Below, piece after piece: positions 21,622 to 30,164 of a DNA stretch of 64,000 nt. Position numbers and translations under genes: made by a program. The notes under the pieces were generated by a model. It saw only the letters and a list, made by a program, of their open reading frames with translations, did not search any database and was not told the DNA's origin. Numbering within the stretch: the first letter of the stretch is position 1; each line of letters begins with the position of its first letter. Source of the stretch: Longimicrobiales bacterium (lineage in GTDB: Bacteria; Gemmatimonadota; Gemmatimonadetes; Longimicrobiales; Gaopeijiaceae); the NCBI GenBank assembly GCA_965197725.1, contig CBDANQ010000060.1, positions 1 to 64,000 of the forward strand. Direction: 5' to 3'.

Positions 21622-22689
21622 GTGAACGACTCGAGCGCGAAGCAAACTGGGGTGCCTGGACTGACGTTGGCAGAAGTCGCGGAGCTCGTCGGGGGCCGGC
21701 TGGAGGGGGATGGCGACACGTCGGTCCGCGGTATCGGCCCTGTCGATGAGGTGCGCGGCCCAGATCAAGTCGCGTTTCTGGCGACGAAGCGGTACACGCG
21801 TTTCGTGCCCGATTCCAGGGCGGGAGCCTACCTGGTAGCGTCCGCGCTGGAATCCTACGTGCCGGAGGGCGTTCCTTGTGTCGTCGTCGACGACGCCTAC
21901 CCGGCGCTGCGCACGGTGCTGGCGCACTTTCACCCCGATCCGACGTGGAAGTCGCGTGTGCATTCCACGGCGGTGATCGGGAAGGGGGTCTCCCTCGGCG
22001 AGGGGATTCGGATCGGCCCGTACGCCGTGATCGAGCCCGGTGCGGTCATCGGTGATCGCACCCGGATCGGTGCCCACTGTGTGGTCGGCCGCGAGGCCGA
22101 GATCGGCCGCGACTGTCTCTTCCATCCGCACGTCGTCGTGTACCACGATTGCTCGGTGGGTGATCGAGTGATTCTCCACTCGGGAGTACGCGTGGGGTCG
22201 GACGGCTTCGGGTTCACGTTCGTCGACGGGGCGCACCGCAAGATGCCGCAGGTCGGGCGATGTATCGTCAAAGACGACGTCGAGGTCGGCGCCAACAGTA
22301 CGCTGGACCGAGGATCCCTGGGGGACACGGTGATTGGGCAGGGCTCGAAACTCGACAACCTCGTGCACATGGCGCACAACGTCCGGGTCGGAGCCCTCTC
22401 GCTGTTCGCCGCACTGGTCGGCGTTGCGGGGTCGGTGCGCATCGGACAGGGTGTGTGGATGGGTGGCCAAGTCGGGGTGAGCAACCACCTTGAAATCGGG
22501 GATGGAGCCCGCCTCGCAATCGCGACGAAGCTCATGCGAGACGTGCCCGCGGGAGAGACCATGTCGGGCCACCCAGCCCGCCCACACCGCGAGCAGATGA
22601 AGAAACAGGCCCAACTCGGCCGCATGCCGAAGCTCGTCAAACGCGTCGAGCGGTTGGAGTCTGTGGTTTCCGAACTCTCGGACGGATGA
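21622..22689 (+). CDS. lpxD: UDP-3-O-acylglucosamine N-acyltransferase
   Basis: Hexapeptide repeats, GSDGFGF, KLDNLVHMAHNV. Confidence 0.96.
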   Translation: MNDSSAKQTGVPGLTLAEVAELVGGRLEGDGDTSVRGIGPVDEVRGPDQVAFLATKRYTRFVPDSRAGAYLVASALESYVPEGVPCVVVDDAYPALRTVLAHFHPDPTWKSRVHSTAVIGKGVSLGEGIRIGPYAVIEPGAVIGDRTRIGAHCVVGREAEIGRDCLFHPHVVVYHDCSVGDRVILHSGVRVGSDGFGFTFVDGAHRKMPQVGRCIVKDDVEVGANSTLDRGSLGDTVIGQGSKLDNLVHMAHNVRVGALSLFAALVGVAGSVRIGQGVWMGGQVGVSNHLEIGDGARLAIATKLMRDVPAGETMSGHPARPHREQMKKQAQLGRMPKLVKRVERLESVVSELSDG

Positions 22690-23972
22690 GCGCTCCCAGC
22701 CAGCGCACGATCGCGAAGGAGATCACCCTGGAAGGTTGTGGCGTGCACTCGGGTGAGGCCGCGACCTTGACGTTCCGTGCCGCCGAGCCTGGCACGGGCA
22801 TCCGTTTCCGCCGTGTCGACCTGGACGGTTCGCCGGAAGTACCGGCGCGCCTGGACCACGTGCTCGACACCGAGCTCGGTACGTCGCTCGCCTCCGGAGA
22901 GACCAAGGTGCTCACCGTGGAGCACGTCATGGCCGCGCTTGGCGCCCTCGAGATCGACAACGTGACACTCGATCTCGCAGGGCCTGAGATTCCCATCCGA
23001 GACGGATCGTTCCAGGACTACTTCCGCGCGCTGAGCGATGCCGGACCGGTGGAGCAGGGCGCCGAGGCTTGCGTCATCAGCATCGGCGAGCCTTTGATCA
23101 CCGACGGTGACCCGGGTCAATCATATGTGGCCACCAAGGGATCAGGCCTCCGAGTCTCAGCCACCATCGACTTCGAGCACGACGCGATCGGGAGGCGCTT
23201 CGGCTCTTTTTCCGCGGCGGCCGGAGCGTTCGCGATCGAACTGGCGCCGGCACGAACCTTCGGCTTCAAGGCGGACGCTGAAGAGCTGCGCGCGCGCGGA
23301 CTCGCGCTCGGCGCGTCGCTCGAGAATACCGTGGTGCTGGACGACGACGGAGTCATGAACGACGGCCTGCGCTTCGAGGATGAGTTCCTGCGCCACAAGG
23401 TTGGGGATATCGTCGGCGATCTCGCGCTCATCGGGGCGCGCATCAACGCTCACGTGGTGGCGGAGCGGCCAAGCCACAGCGGCAACGTAGCCCTCGCCCA
23501 CGCGATCGCCAGGCAGGGTCGGCATTCTGGCCGGCAGCCGGTCGTCGATATCACCAAGATCATGGAGTACCTGCCGCATCGGTACCCGATGCTGCTCGTG
23601 GACCGCATTACGGAGTACGAGGAGGGCAAACGGATCGTGGGCATCAAGAACGTCACGATCAACGAGCCGTTCTTCCAAGGCCACTATCCGGGACATCCGG
23701 TGATGCCGGGCGTGCTCGTCATCGAAGCGATGGCGCAGGTGGGAGGACTCCTGCTGATCGACCAGGTGGAGAACCCCGAGGAAAAAGTTGTGTACTTCAT
23801 GTCGCTCAACAACGTGAAGTGGCGGAGGCCGGTCACGCCCGGCGACACCATCGTCTTCGAGTTGGAGCTGACGCAGTACCGAAGGCATGTCTGCAAGATG
23901 CGGGGGTGCGCGTACGTTGATGGCAAGCTGGCTGCCGAGGCGGACCTCATGGCGAGGATCGTCGACAAGTGA
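22686..23972 (+). CDS. lpxC-fabZ: Bifunctional LpxC/FabZ
   Basis: G.GVHSG, TVEH and HK..D (LpxC) followed by LPHRYPMLLVD and PGVLVIEAMAQ (FabZ). Confidence 0.95.
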   Translation: MSAPSQRTIAKEITLEGCGVHSGEAATLTFRAAEPGTGIRFRRVDLDGSPEVPARLDHVLDTELGTSLASGETKVLTVEHVMAALGALEIDNVTLDLAGPEIPIRDGSFQDYFRALSDAGPVEQGAEACVISIGEPLITDGDPGQSYVATKGSGLRVSATIDFEHDAIGRRFGSFSAAAGAFAIELAPARTFGFKADAEELRARGLALGASLENTVVLDDDGVMNDGLRFEDEFLRHKVGDIVGDLALIGARINAHVVAERPSHSGNVALAHAIARQGRHSGRQPVVDITKIMEYLPHRYPMLLVDRITEYEEGKRIVGIKNVTINEPFFQGHYPGHPVMPGVLVIEAMAQVGGLLLIDQVENPEEKVVYFMSLNNVKWRRPVTPGDTIVFELELTQYRRHVCKMRGCAYVDGKLAAEADLMARIVDK

Positions 23973-24772
23973 GCGACGTCACCGTCGGAAGCCGGGGGGA
24001 GACCGAGGTCCATGCGACGGCGCTCGTGGATCCCGCGGCAGAGCTCGGCGAGGGTGTCACCATCGGCCCCTGGGCTCTGATCGGTCCGCGCGTGCGGATC
24101 GGGGACGGGACGGAGGTCGGTCCGCGCGTGCTCATCGAGCGCCATACGACCCTGGGCGAGGACTGCCGGATCGCGAACGGAGCGGTACTCGGGACCGACC
24201 CACAGGATCTGAAGTTCCAGGGTGAGGAAACGACCCTGGAGGTAGGGGCCCGAACCGTTGTCCGCGAGTTTGCGACGCTCAACCGGGGGACCTCTGCTGC
24301 TGGCAGAACGATCATCGGCAGCGATTGCCTGCTCATGGCCTACACTCACGTCGCCCACGACTGCGAGCTCGGAAATCACGTGATCTTGTCGAACGCGGTG
24401 AACATGGGGGGGCACGTGGTCATCGAGGACTGGGTGACGGTCGGCGGTCTCACTCCGATCCATCAGTTCGTGCGCATTGGAGCACATGCGTTCGTGGGCG
24501 GAGGCTCCCGCATTCCACAGGACGTACCCCCTTACTGCCGCGCGGCCGGGAATCCGCCCAAGCTCTACGGGCTGAACACCGTCGGTCTGGAGCGGCGCGG
24601 ATTCTCCGAGGACGTGCGTAAGGCGCTCAAGCAGGCGTACCGCATTCTGTTCGGCTCCAACCTCAACCTGGCACGGGCGCTCGAACGAGCGGACGAGGAT
24701 GTGCCTGCGATTCCCGAGGTGCGGCATCTGCTCGAGTTCATCCGTGCAGGCGAGCGCGGGATCACCGTTTAG
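23969..24772 (+). CDS. lpxA: UDP-N-acetylglucosamine acyltransferase
   Basis: PQDLKF, HVAHDC, GLNTVGLERRGF. Confidence 0.96.
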   Translation: MSDVTVGSRGETEVHATALVDPAAELGEGVTIGPWALIGPRVRIGDGTEVGPRVLIERHTTLGEDCRIANGAVLGTDPQDLKFQGEETTLEVGARTVVREFATLNRGTSAAGRTIIGSDCLLMAYTHVAHDCELGNHVILSNAVNMGGHVVIEDWVTVGGLTPIHQFVRIGAHAFVGGGSRIPQDVPPYCRAAGNPPKLYGLNTVGLERRGFSEDVRKALKQAYRILFGSNLNLARALERADEDVPAIPEVRHLLEFIRAGERGITV

Positions 24773-24786
24773 GGGGGCGAAATCAC

Positions 24787-24921
24787 ATGTCACTCATTCG
24801 CGTGCGCCGCAGACGGAAAAAGAACTGGCTCGACGCCCGGAAGGGAATGCCGGCTCAGCGCCTCATGGGGCTGCTGGTGATTACCATCGCCCTCATCTGG
24901 TTTCTCAGCTCGCGATTCTAG
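24787..24921 (+). CDS. Small (44 aa) basic single-TM protein
   Basis: MSLIRVRRRRKKNWLDARKGMPAQRLMGLLVITIALIWFLSSRF*. G-rich SD-like run upstream, fills the lpxA-lpxB gap, and its stop overlaps the putative lpxB GTG. Below the ORF-track cutoff. Confidence 0.7.
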   Translation: MSLIRVRRRRKKNWLDARKGMPAQRLMGLLVITIALIWFLSSRF

Positions 24922-26054
24922 TGTGTGGGCTGGGGGACTCGCCGACCGTTCTCCTGCTCGCGGGCGAGGCGTCGGGGGACCAGCATGGAGCTGGCGTCGC
25001 CCGGGCTTTGCGTCGACGCCTTCCGAACACGCGTCTGCTCGGTCTCGGTGGCCCGCTCATGGAGCGGGAAGGTGTGGAGCTACTCGCCGGGCTGGATGAG
25101 CTTGCGGTAATGGGTGTCACCGAGATCGTGGGCCGACTCAAGTTCTTTAGGGAGTTGGAGCGCCGCATCACGGACGTCGTTTGGTCGACGGATCTCGTCA
25201 TCGCCATCGACTACCCGGGCTTCAACATGCGGATCGCTCGGGCCGCACACGACGCAGGTCGCCCGGTGATCTACTACATCGCGCCGAAGGTGTGGGCGTC
25301 GCGCCCGCGACGAGCAAAGCGATTGGCGGCGGTAACGGACCACGTTGCCGTGATCTTCCCCTTCGAGGTGGAGATTCTCGAGGCCGCGGGCGCGACGGTC
25401 GACTACGTCGGCAACCCGTTGCTCGATCGGCCGGACGACGTGGTGGATGCGGCGACCTTCCACGAGACGTGGGGGCTGGAGTCGGATCGCCCCATCCTCG
25501 CGATCCTGCCGGGTTCCAGGAAGCAGGAGATCGCGCGGCACCTCGACCTCTTCTTGCAGGCAGCGGATTCGGTTCGGCAGTCCAGGCCCGACGTGCAGCC
25601 CGTGATCTCCAGGGCCAATGCGCTGCCTCAGGATCTGTATGAACACGTCGCATGCCCGGTGGTGGACGATACCCGGGCACTTCTGCGTCACGCGCGGGCG
25701 GCGCTCGTCAAGTCGGGGACTTCGACGCTGGAGGCCGCGCTCGAGGTGACCCCGTTCGTCGTCGCCTACCGCATGGCGCCTCTCTCGTGGGAGATCGTGA
25801 AGCGCGTGCTCCGCGTGAAGCACGTGTCCCTCCCGAACTTGGTGGCGGGAGCGGACATCGTGCCCGAGCTCCTCCAGGACGACGCGGTCCCCGAGCGCTT
25901 GGCGGAGCTGCTCGTCCCGCTCCTCGACGAGGCCAGCCCGGCGTATAAGAAGCAGATCGACGGACTCTCTCAGATCGAGAGCCTCTTGGGAGCTCCTGGC
26001 GCCTCCGAGAGGGTGGCGGAGCTCGGCATCGAGCTGCTCCGGACACGCGCATGA
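24921..26054 (+). CDS. lpxB: Lipid-A-disaccharide synthase
   Basis: AGEASGD, IDYPGFN, LPGSR.QEI, KSGTSTLE. Start approximate. Confidence 0.95.
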   Translation: MCGLGDSPTVLLLAGEASGDQHGAGVARALRRRLPNTRLLGLGGPLMEREGVELLAGLDELAVMGVTEIVGRLKFFRELERRITDVVWSTDLVIAIDYPGFNMRIARAAHDAGRPVIYYIAPKVWASRPRRAKRLAAVTDHVAVIFPFEVEILEAAGATVDYVGNPLLDRPDDVVDAATFHETWGLESDRPILAILPGSRKQEIARHLDLFLQAADSVRQSRPDVQPVISRANALPQDLYEHVACPVVDDTRALLRHARAALVKSGTSTLEAALEVTPFVVAYRMAPLSWEIVKRVLRVKHVSLPNLVAGADIVPELLQDDAVPERLAELLVPLLDEASPAYKKQIDGLSQIESLLGAPGASERVAELGIELLRTRA

Positions 26055-26758
26055 GCACGGACCGCAAGCGCAACCTCAAATTCGAGACGGCCGGCGTACT
26101 GGGCACAGGACTCGTCGGCGCGCTCTTCATGACAACGCGCGTGGAGCGAATCGGGGCGGAAAACTACCGACACTTCAGACGGGAGGGGAAGCCGGTCATC
26201 TTCGTCTTTTGGCACGGTCAGCTCCTGCCGTTGGTCCACTATCACCGGCGGGAGGGGATCGTCGTGCTCGTGAGCGAGCATGACGACGGCGAGTACATCA
26301 CGCGGGTCATCGAGCGGAACGGCTTCGGGGCCGTCCGCGGTTCGAGCAGACGCGGGGCCACCAAGGGCCTCAAGGGCCTTATACGGGCTGCGAGGGCCGG
26401 AAACGACCTCGCGCTGACCCCCGACGGGCCGAGGGGCCCCGTGGGCGTATTCAAGCCCGGAGTATTGGCGGCTGCACAGCTGACGGGGCTGCCGATCGTT
26501 CCGCTCGCGGTCGGAGCCTCTTCCGGGTGGCGGTTGGGCAGCTGGGATGGCTTCCTCGTGCCCAAGCCGCTTTCCAGGGTCCGGCTCGAATACCTGCCAG
26601 CCCGCTTCGTTCGGCGTGACGCCGACCGCGCGGAGCTGGTACGCATGAGCACGGAGATCGGTCAGGACCTGAACGCGCTCACCGCTCGGCTGAACCCCGA
26701 AGGGGTCGATCCGCCGGGGAAGTCATGGCCCGGGGAGTCATGGCCGGAGGAGTCATGA
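26051..26758 (+). CDS. DUF374 / lysophospholipid acyltransferase-like protein
   Basis: FWHGQL, LVS.H.DGE, VRGSSRRG, TPDGPRGP. Confidence 0.85.
   Translation: MSTDRKRNLKFETAGVLGTGLVGALFMTTRVERIGAENYRHFRREGKPVIFVFWHGQLLPLVHYHRREGIVVLVSEHDDGEYITRVIERNGFGAVRGSSRRGATKGLKGLIRAARAGNDLALTPDGPRGPVGVFKPGVLAAAQLTGLPIVPLAVGASSGWRLGSWDGFLVPKPLSRVRLEYLPARFVRRDADRAELVRMSTEIGQDLNALTARLNPEGVDPPGKSWPGESWPEES
26721..26758 (+). repeat. Three 15-bp-spaced AGTCATG units at the lpxK start
   Basis: AGTCATG at 26721, 26736 and 26751, each preceded by a purine-rich tract. Confidence 0.7.
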
Positions 26759-27768
26759 AAGCGGTGCTGTCCGTCTTCGCGCGCCGATGGTGGGCGGGGG
26801 AGGCCGGCTTGCCCGGGTACCTGCTGTCCGGCCTGCTCGCGCCGGCTTCGTGGGCGTACGGGTTGCTGGTGTCGATGAGGAATGGGGCGCACGAGCGAGA
26901 TGGTGGAGAGCGCGTTCAGGGCCTCCGTGTCATCTCCGTGGGCAACCTTGCGGTGGGCGGGACGGGGAAGACCCCCTTCGCCGCATGGGTGGCCCGGTTT
27001 CTGACCGAGCGCGGTGTGTCCACCGTGATCGTGTCACGCGGCTACGGTCGCGACGAGCTTGTGCTGCACCGCCAGTGGAACCCCGAGGTCCCGGTCGAGG
27101 CGGACTCGGATCACATCATCGCGGCGGCCAGGGCTCGCGACGCCGGTGCGGCCGTCGCGGTGCTGGACGACGGCTTTCAGCACCGCCGGCTGGCACGCGA
27201 TCTCGACTTGGTCCTTCTAGCTGCGGAGGACCGCTTCCCAGGACGGTTGCTGCCCACAGGCCCCTACCGGGAACCGGCCGCGTCGCTTGCTCGGGCCGAC
27301 GTGATCCTGATTACACGGCGTACCGCCGCCTCCCAACGAGCGCTCGCGATCCTGCACCGCGCGCGTGCCTTCGCGCCGTCGCGGCCCGTGGGCGTCGTAC
27401 GACTCGCGCCCGACGGGTGGCGGGACCTGCTCGGTGAGCAGGTCGCTGCACCCTGGGGCGATGCGCTCGTCGTGGCGGCGGTGGCGCGTCCAGACGACTT
27501 CCGCGAGAATGTCGCGGTGCTCTTGGGGAGGGAGGTCGCGCTGTTGGCGTTCCCCGATCATCACGAGTATTCCGACGGCGACGTGAGAAGAATCGTGACC
27601 GTGGCGGGTGGCCGGACGGTTGTCATGACCGAAAAGGACGCGGTGAAGTTGGCGCCGCGGGCGAATGACCTTCCAGAGGCCCGCGTCCTGACACAGCGCA
27701 TCGTTTGGGAGTCGGGCCGTGACGAGGTCGAAACGAGCATAAGCGAGGCGGTCGTGGGATTCAGGTGA
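26755..27768 (+). CDS. lpxK: Tetraacyldisaccharide 4'-kinase
   Basis: SVGNLAVGGTGKTP, SRGYG, LDDGFQH, FPDHH, MTEKDAVK. Confidence 0.95.
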   Translation: MKAVLSVFARRWWAGEAGLPGYLLSGLLAPASWAYGLLVSMRNGAHERDGGERVQGLRVISVGNLAVGGTGKTPFAAWVARFLTERGVSTVIVSRGYGRDELVLHRQWNPEVPVEADSDHIIAAARARDAGAAVAVLDDGFQHRRLARDLDLVLLAAEDRFPGRLLPTGPYREPAASLARADVILITRRTAASQRALAILHRARAFAPSRPVGVVRLAPDGWRDLLGEQVAAPWGDALVVAAVARPDDFRENVAVLLGREVALLAFPDHHEYSDGDVRRIVTVAGGRTVVMTEKDAVKLAPRANDLPEARVLTQRIVWESGRDEVETSISEAVVGFR

Positions 27769-28235
27769 GGCTGCTGGTCGTCGCCGTGGGGAAAGTGAAG
27801 GGTCCGCTGGCGCCCGTCGTCGCGGAATACGAACGACGGGCCGCCCGCTACTGGAAGCTGGCGGTCGAAGAAGTGGACGCCGGCGCCCGCCGTGCATCCC
27901 GGGATTCGGAGGCGGTCATGACCGCCGAAGCGGGGCGCCTACTGGCGCGGGTCCCGGACGAGTTGGAGCTGATCGCGCTAACGCGTGGAGGCGAGGAGAT
28001 GGGTTCTGAGGAACTCTCGGGGTACTTGCGGGAACAAGCGGTCCGTTCGGCAGCCGGCGTGGCGTTCGTGATCGGTGGAGCGCACGGTCTTGCGCGAGGC
28101 GTGCTCACGAAAGCTAGGAGACGACTATCGCTGTCTGCAATGACATTACCGCACGAGGTCGCTCGCCTCATCCTGGCCGAGCAACTCTACCGTGCGGGCA
28201 CGATCGCCCGTGGTGAGCCGTACCACAAAGGCTGA
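27765..28235 (+). CDS. rlmH: 23S rRNA pseudouridine-1915 N3-methyltransferase
   Basis: FVIGGAHG, LSAMTLPHE..RLIL.EQLYRA..I..GEPYHK. Confidence 0.95.
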   Translation: MRLLVVAVGKVKGPLAPVVAEYERRAARYWKLAVEEVDAGARRASRDSEAVMTAEAGRLLARVPDELELIALTRGGEEMGSEELSGYLREQAVRSAAGVAFVIGGAHGLARGVLTKARRRLSLSAMTLPHEVARLILAEQLYRAGTIARGEPYHKG

Positions 28236-28239
28236 CTCC

Positions 28240-29826
28240 ATGGAATTGATCGTAGGCCGTCTCTCGGGCTCTCCCGTGGTTCGGGACTATTTGGCGGGGG
28301 AACCGTCGGTGCGGCCATTCTTCCCTCGGAGCTTCACAAGCACGGAGGATTTCAAGGCCAAGGCTGCCGAGGTCGACGGCCGCTTCGACCGAGTGGCTCG
28401 GGAGCGAGCCGTGGACGCGATCATCGTCCCGCCTGGAGCAGACGCGGCGCGTCTAGAGAGCTTCATCGAGCGCGGCGGCTACATGGTCACTACGGGTCAG
28501 CAACCGGCGCTGTTCGGAGGGCCGCTCTACAGCGTCCACAAAGCGCTCACCGCGGTGCGCTTGGCTGAGGCTCTGGAGTCCGCTCTCGGCAAGCCCGTGA
28601 TTCCGGTCTTCTGGGTGGCCTCGGACGATCATGACTGGGCCGAGGCGAACCACACGGACGTGATTGGCGTCGACAACGAGCTGCATCGCTTCGCGATCGA
28701 CGCGCCTAACCCCGATGTACATCCCCCGATCCATCGAATTCCGTTAGGGCCGACCGCACAAGACCGCGTCGACGAGTTTCTACAAAATCTGCCAGATACA
28801 GAGTTTAGTGACGAATACTTCAAGTTGATTCGAGGAGCGTTCACGAGCGACGCGACGCTCTCCGAGGGCTTCCACGCCGTCTATCAGAAGCTGCTCGGGC
28901 GCTTCGGCATCTTCTTCACCGACGCGGCACACCCTGCCGTGAAGCGGCACACGGCGCAGACGCTGCTCGCCGAGATCGCTCGATGTGAGGAGTTCGAGAC
29001 GGTGCTGCGCGCCACCGCCGCCGCCCTCGAGTCGGCGGGCTACGGGCTTCAGGTGCCCATCCTCGACGGTGCCGTCAATCTCTTCCTCGAGGGCCCCTCG
29101 GGTCGCGAGCGAATCTACAGGCAGGACGGAGGGTTCCGGCTGGGGATGTCTGATACGCAGCTGTCGGCCGATGAAGTGGTCACTAGACAGGCTGAAGACC
29201 CGTCGGTGCTCAGCCCCAATGCGCTACTGCGCCCAGTGATCGAGAGCATGATCTTCCCGACGCTGTCCTACGTGGGCGGGCCGGGCGAAATCGCGTACTT
29301 CGCGCAGTTGGGCGCGTACTTCGGGGCGCACGGGCTGGAGATGCCGATCGTCTACCCTCGCTTCGGTGTCACGCCTGTAGAGACGAAGATTCGCAAGGTG
29401 CTGCGGAAGTTCGGGCTCGACGTCGATGCGCTCAACCGGCCGTTTCATGAGGTTGCGGGGGACATCGCGCGGGACGAGGTGCCTCCCGACGTGAAGAAGG
29501 CGCTCGGGGGCCTGCGTGGTGCCATCGGGAAGGGTGTGGATGAGCTACAACAGGCGGTGAAGCCGATCGACCCTACGTTGAATGGGACGGTGCAGCACGT
29601 GCGCAGCCAGGCGTTCGCCGCGATCGACGACGTGGAGAAGAGGATCCTCCACGCCTTCAAGCGCGAGAACGAAATCGCGCTGTCGCAGCTCGAAAAGGCC
29701 CAGGTACATCTGTTCCCGAACGGGACGCCAGCCGAGCGGGTCCAGAATCCCCTTTATTTCCTGACGAGGTATGGTGGCGCGGTTCTTGATTCCCTGTACG
29801 AACACTTTCGGGTGAACTTCGACTGA
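28240..29826 (+). CDS. bshC: Bacillithiol biosynthesis protein BshC
   Basis: TTGQQPALFGGPLYS.HK, FWVASDDHDW.E, SPNALLRP, GGPGEIAY. Confidence 0.9.
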   Translation: MELIVGRLSGSPVVRDYLAGEPSVRPFFPRSFTSTEDFKAKAAEVDGRFDRVARERAVDAIIVPPGADAARLESFIERGGYMVTTGQQPALFGGPLYSVHKALTAVRLAEALESALGKPVIPVFWVASDDHDWAEANHTDVIGVDNELHRFAIDAPNPDVHPPIHRIPLGPTAQDRVDEFLQNLPDTEFSDEYFKLIRGAFTSDATLSEGFHAVYQKLLGRFGIFFTDAAHPAVKRHTAQTLLAEIARCEEFETVLRATAAALESAGYGLQVPILDGAVNLFLEGPSGRERIYRQDGGFRLGMSDTQLSADEVVTRQAEDPSVLSPNALLRPVIESMIFPTLSYVGGPGEIAYFAQLGAYFGAHGLEMPIVYPRFGVTPVETKIRKVLRKFGLDVDALNRPFHEVAGDIARDEVPPDVKKALGGLRGAIGKGVDELQQAVKPIDPTLNGTVQHVRSQAFAAIDDVEKRILHAFKRENEIALSQLEKAQVHLFPNGTPAERVQNPLYFLTRYGGAVLDSLYEHFRVNFD

Positions 29827-29879
29827 CGGACCCGCGTATGATCTGTTGTGCCGTGCGCTCCGCAACCTAACTTCGGGCC

Positions 29880-30164
29880 ATGTTCCTGCAGCTGATTCTG
29901 ATTCTCGTCGTCCTCATACCGCTTCTGGCGATCGTGCTCGATTCGTCGGTCGGTCGCGCTTTGGCGTCACGTCTGGAGCGGCGGAGTCTGGACGGCCCAT
30001 CTGATCTCATGGCTGAACGCATCGCCTTTCTCGAGGGCGAGATGGAGCGGCTGACGAGCGAGATCGGACGCCTGGACGAGGAGAGTCAGTTCGTGACCAA
30101 GCTCCTCTCCGAGCGGTCCGAGTCCGCGGGGGCGGCTCTGCCACCGGGTGACGACTCCGACTGA
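29880..30164 (+). CDS. Small membrane-anchored coiled-coil protein
   Basis: N-terminal TM helix followed by a heptad region; co-oriented and overlapping murJ. Confidence 0.7.
   Translation: MFLQLILILVVLIPLLAIVLDSSVGRALASRLERRSLDGPSDLMAERIAFLEGEMERLTSEIGRLDEESQFVTKLLSERSESAGAALPPGDDSD

Noticed and set aside
22686..23972. LpxC-FabZ fusion as a novelty
   Set aside because: Known fusion in Bacteroidota and related phyla.
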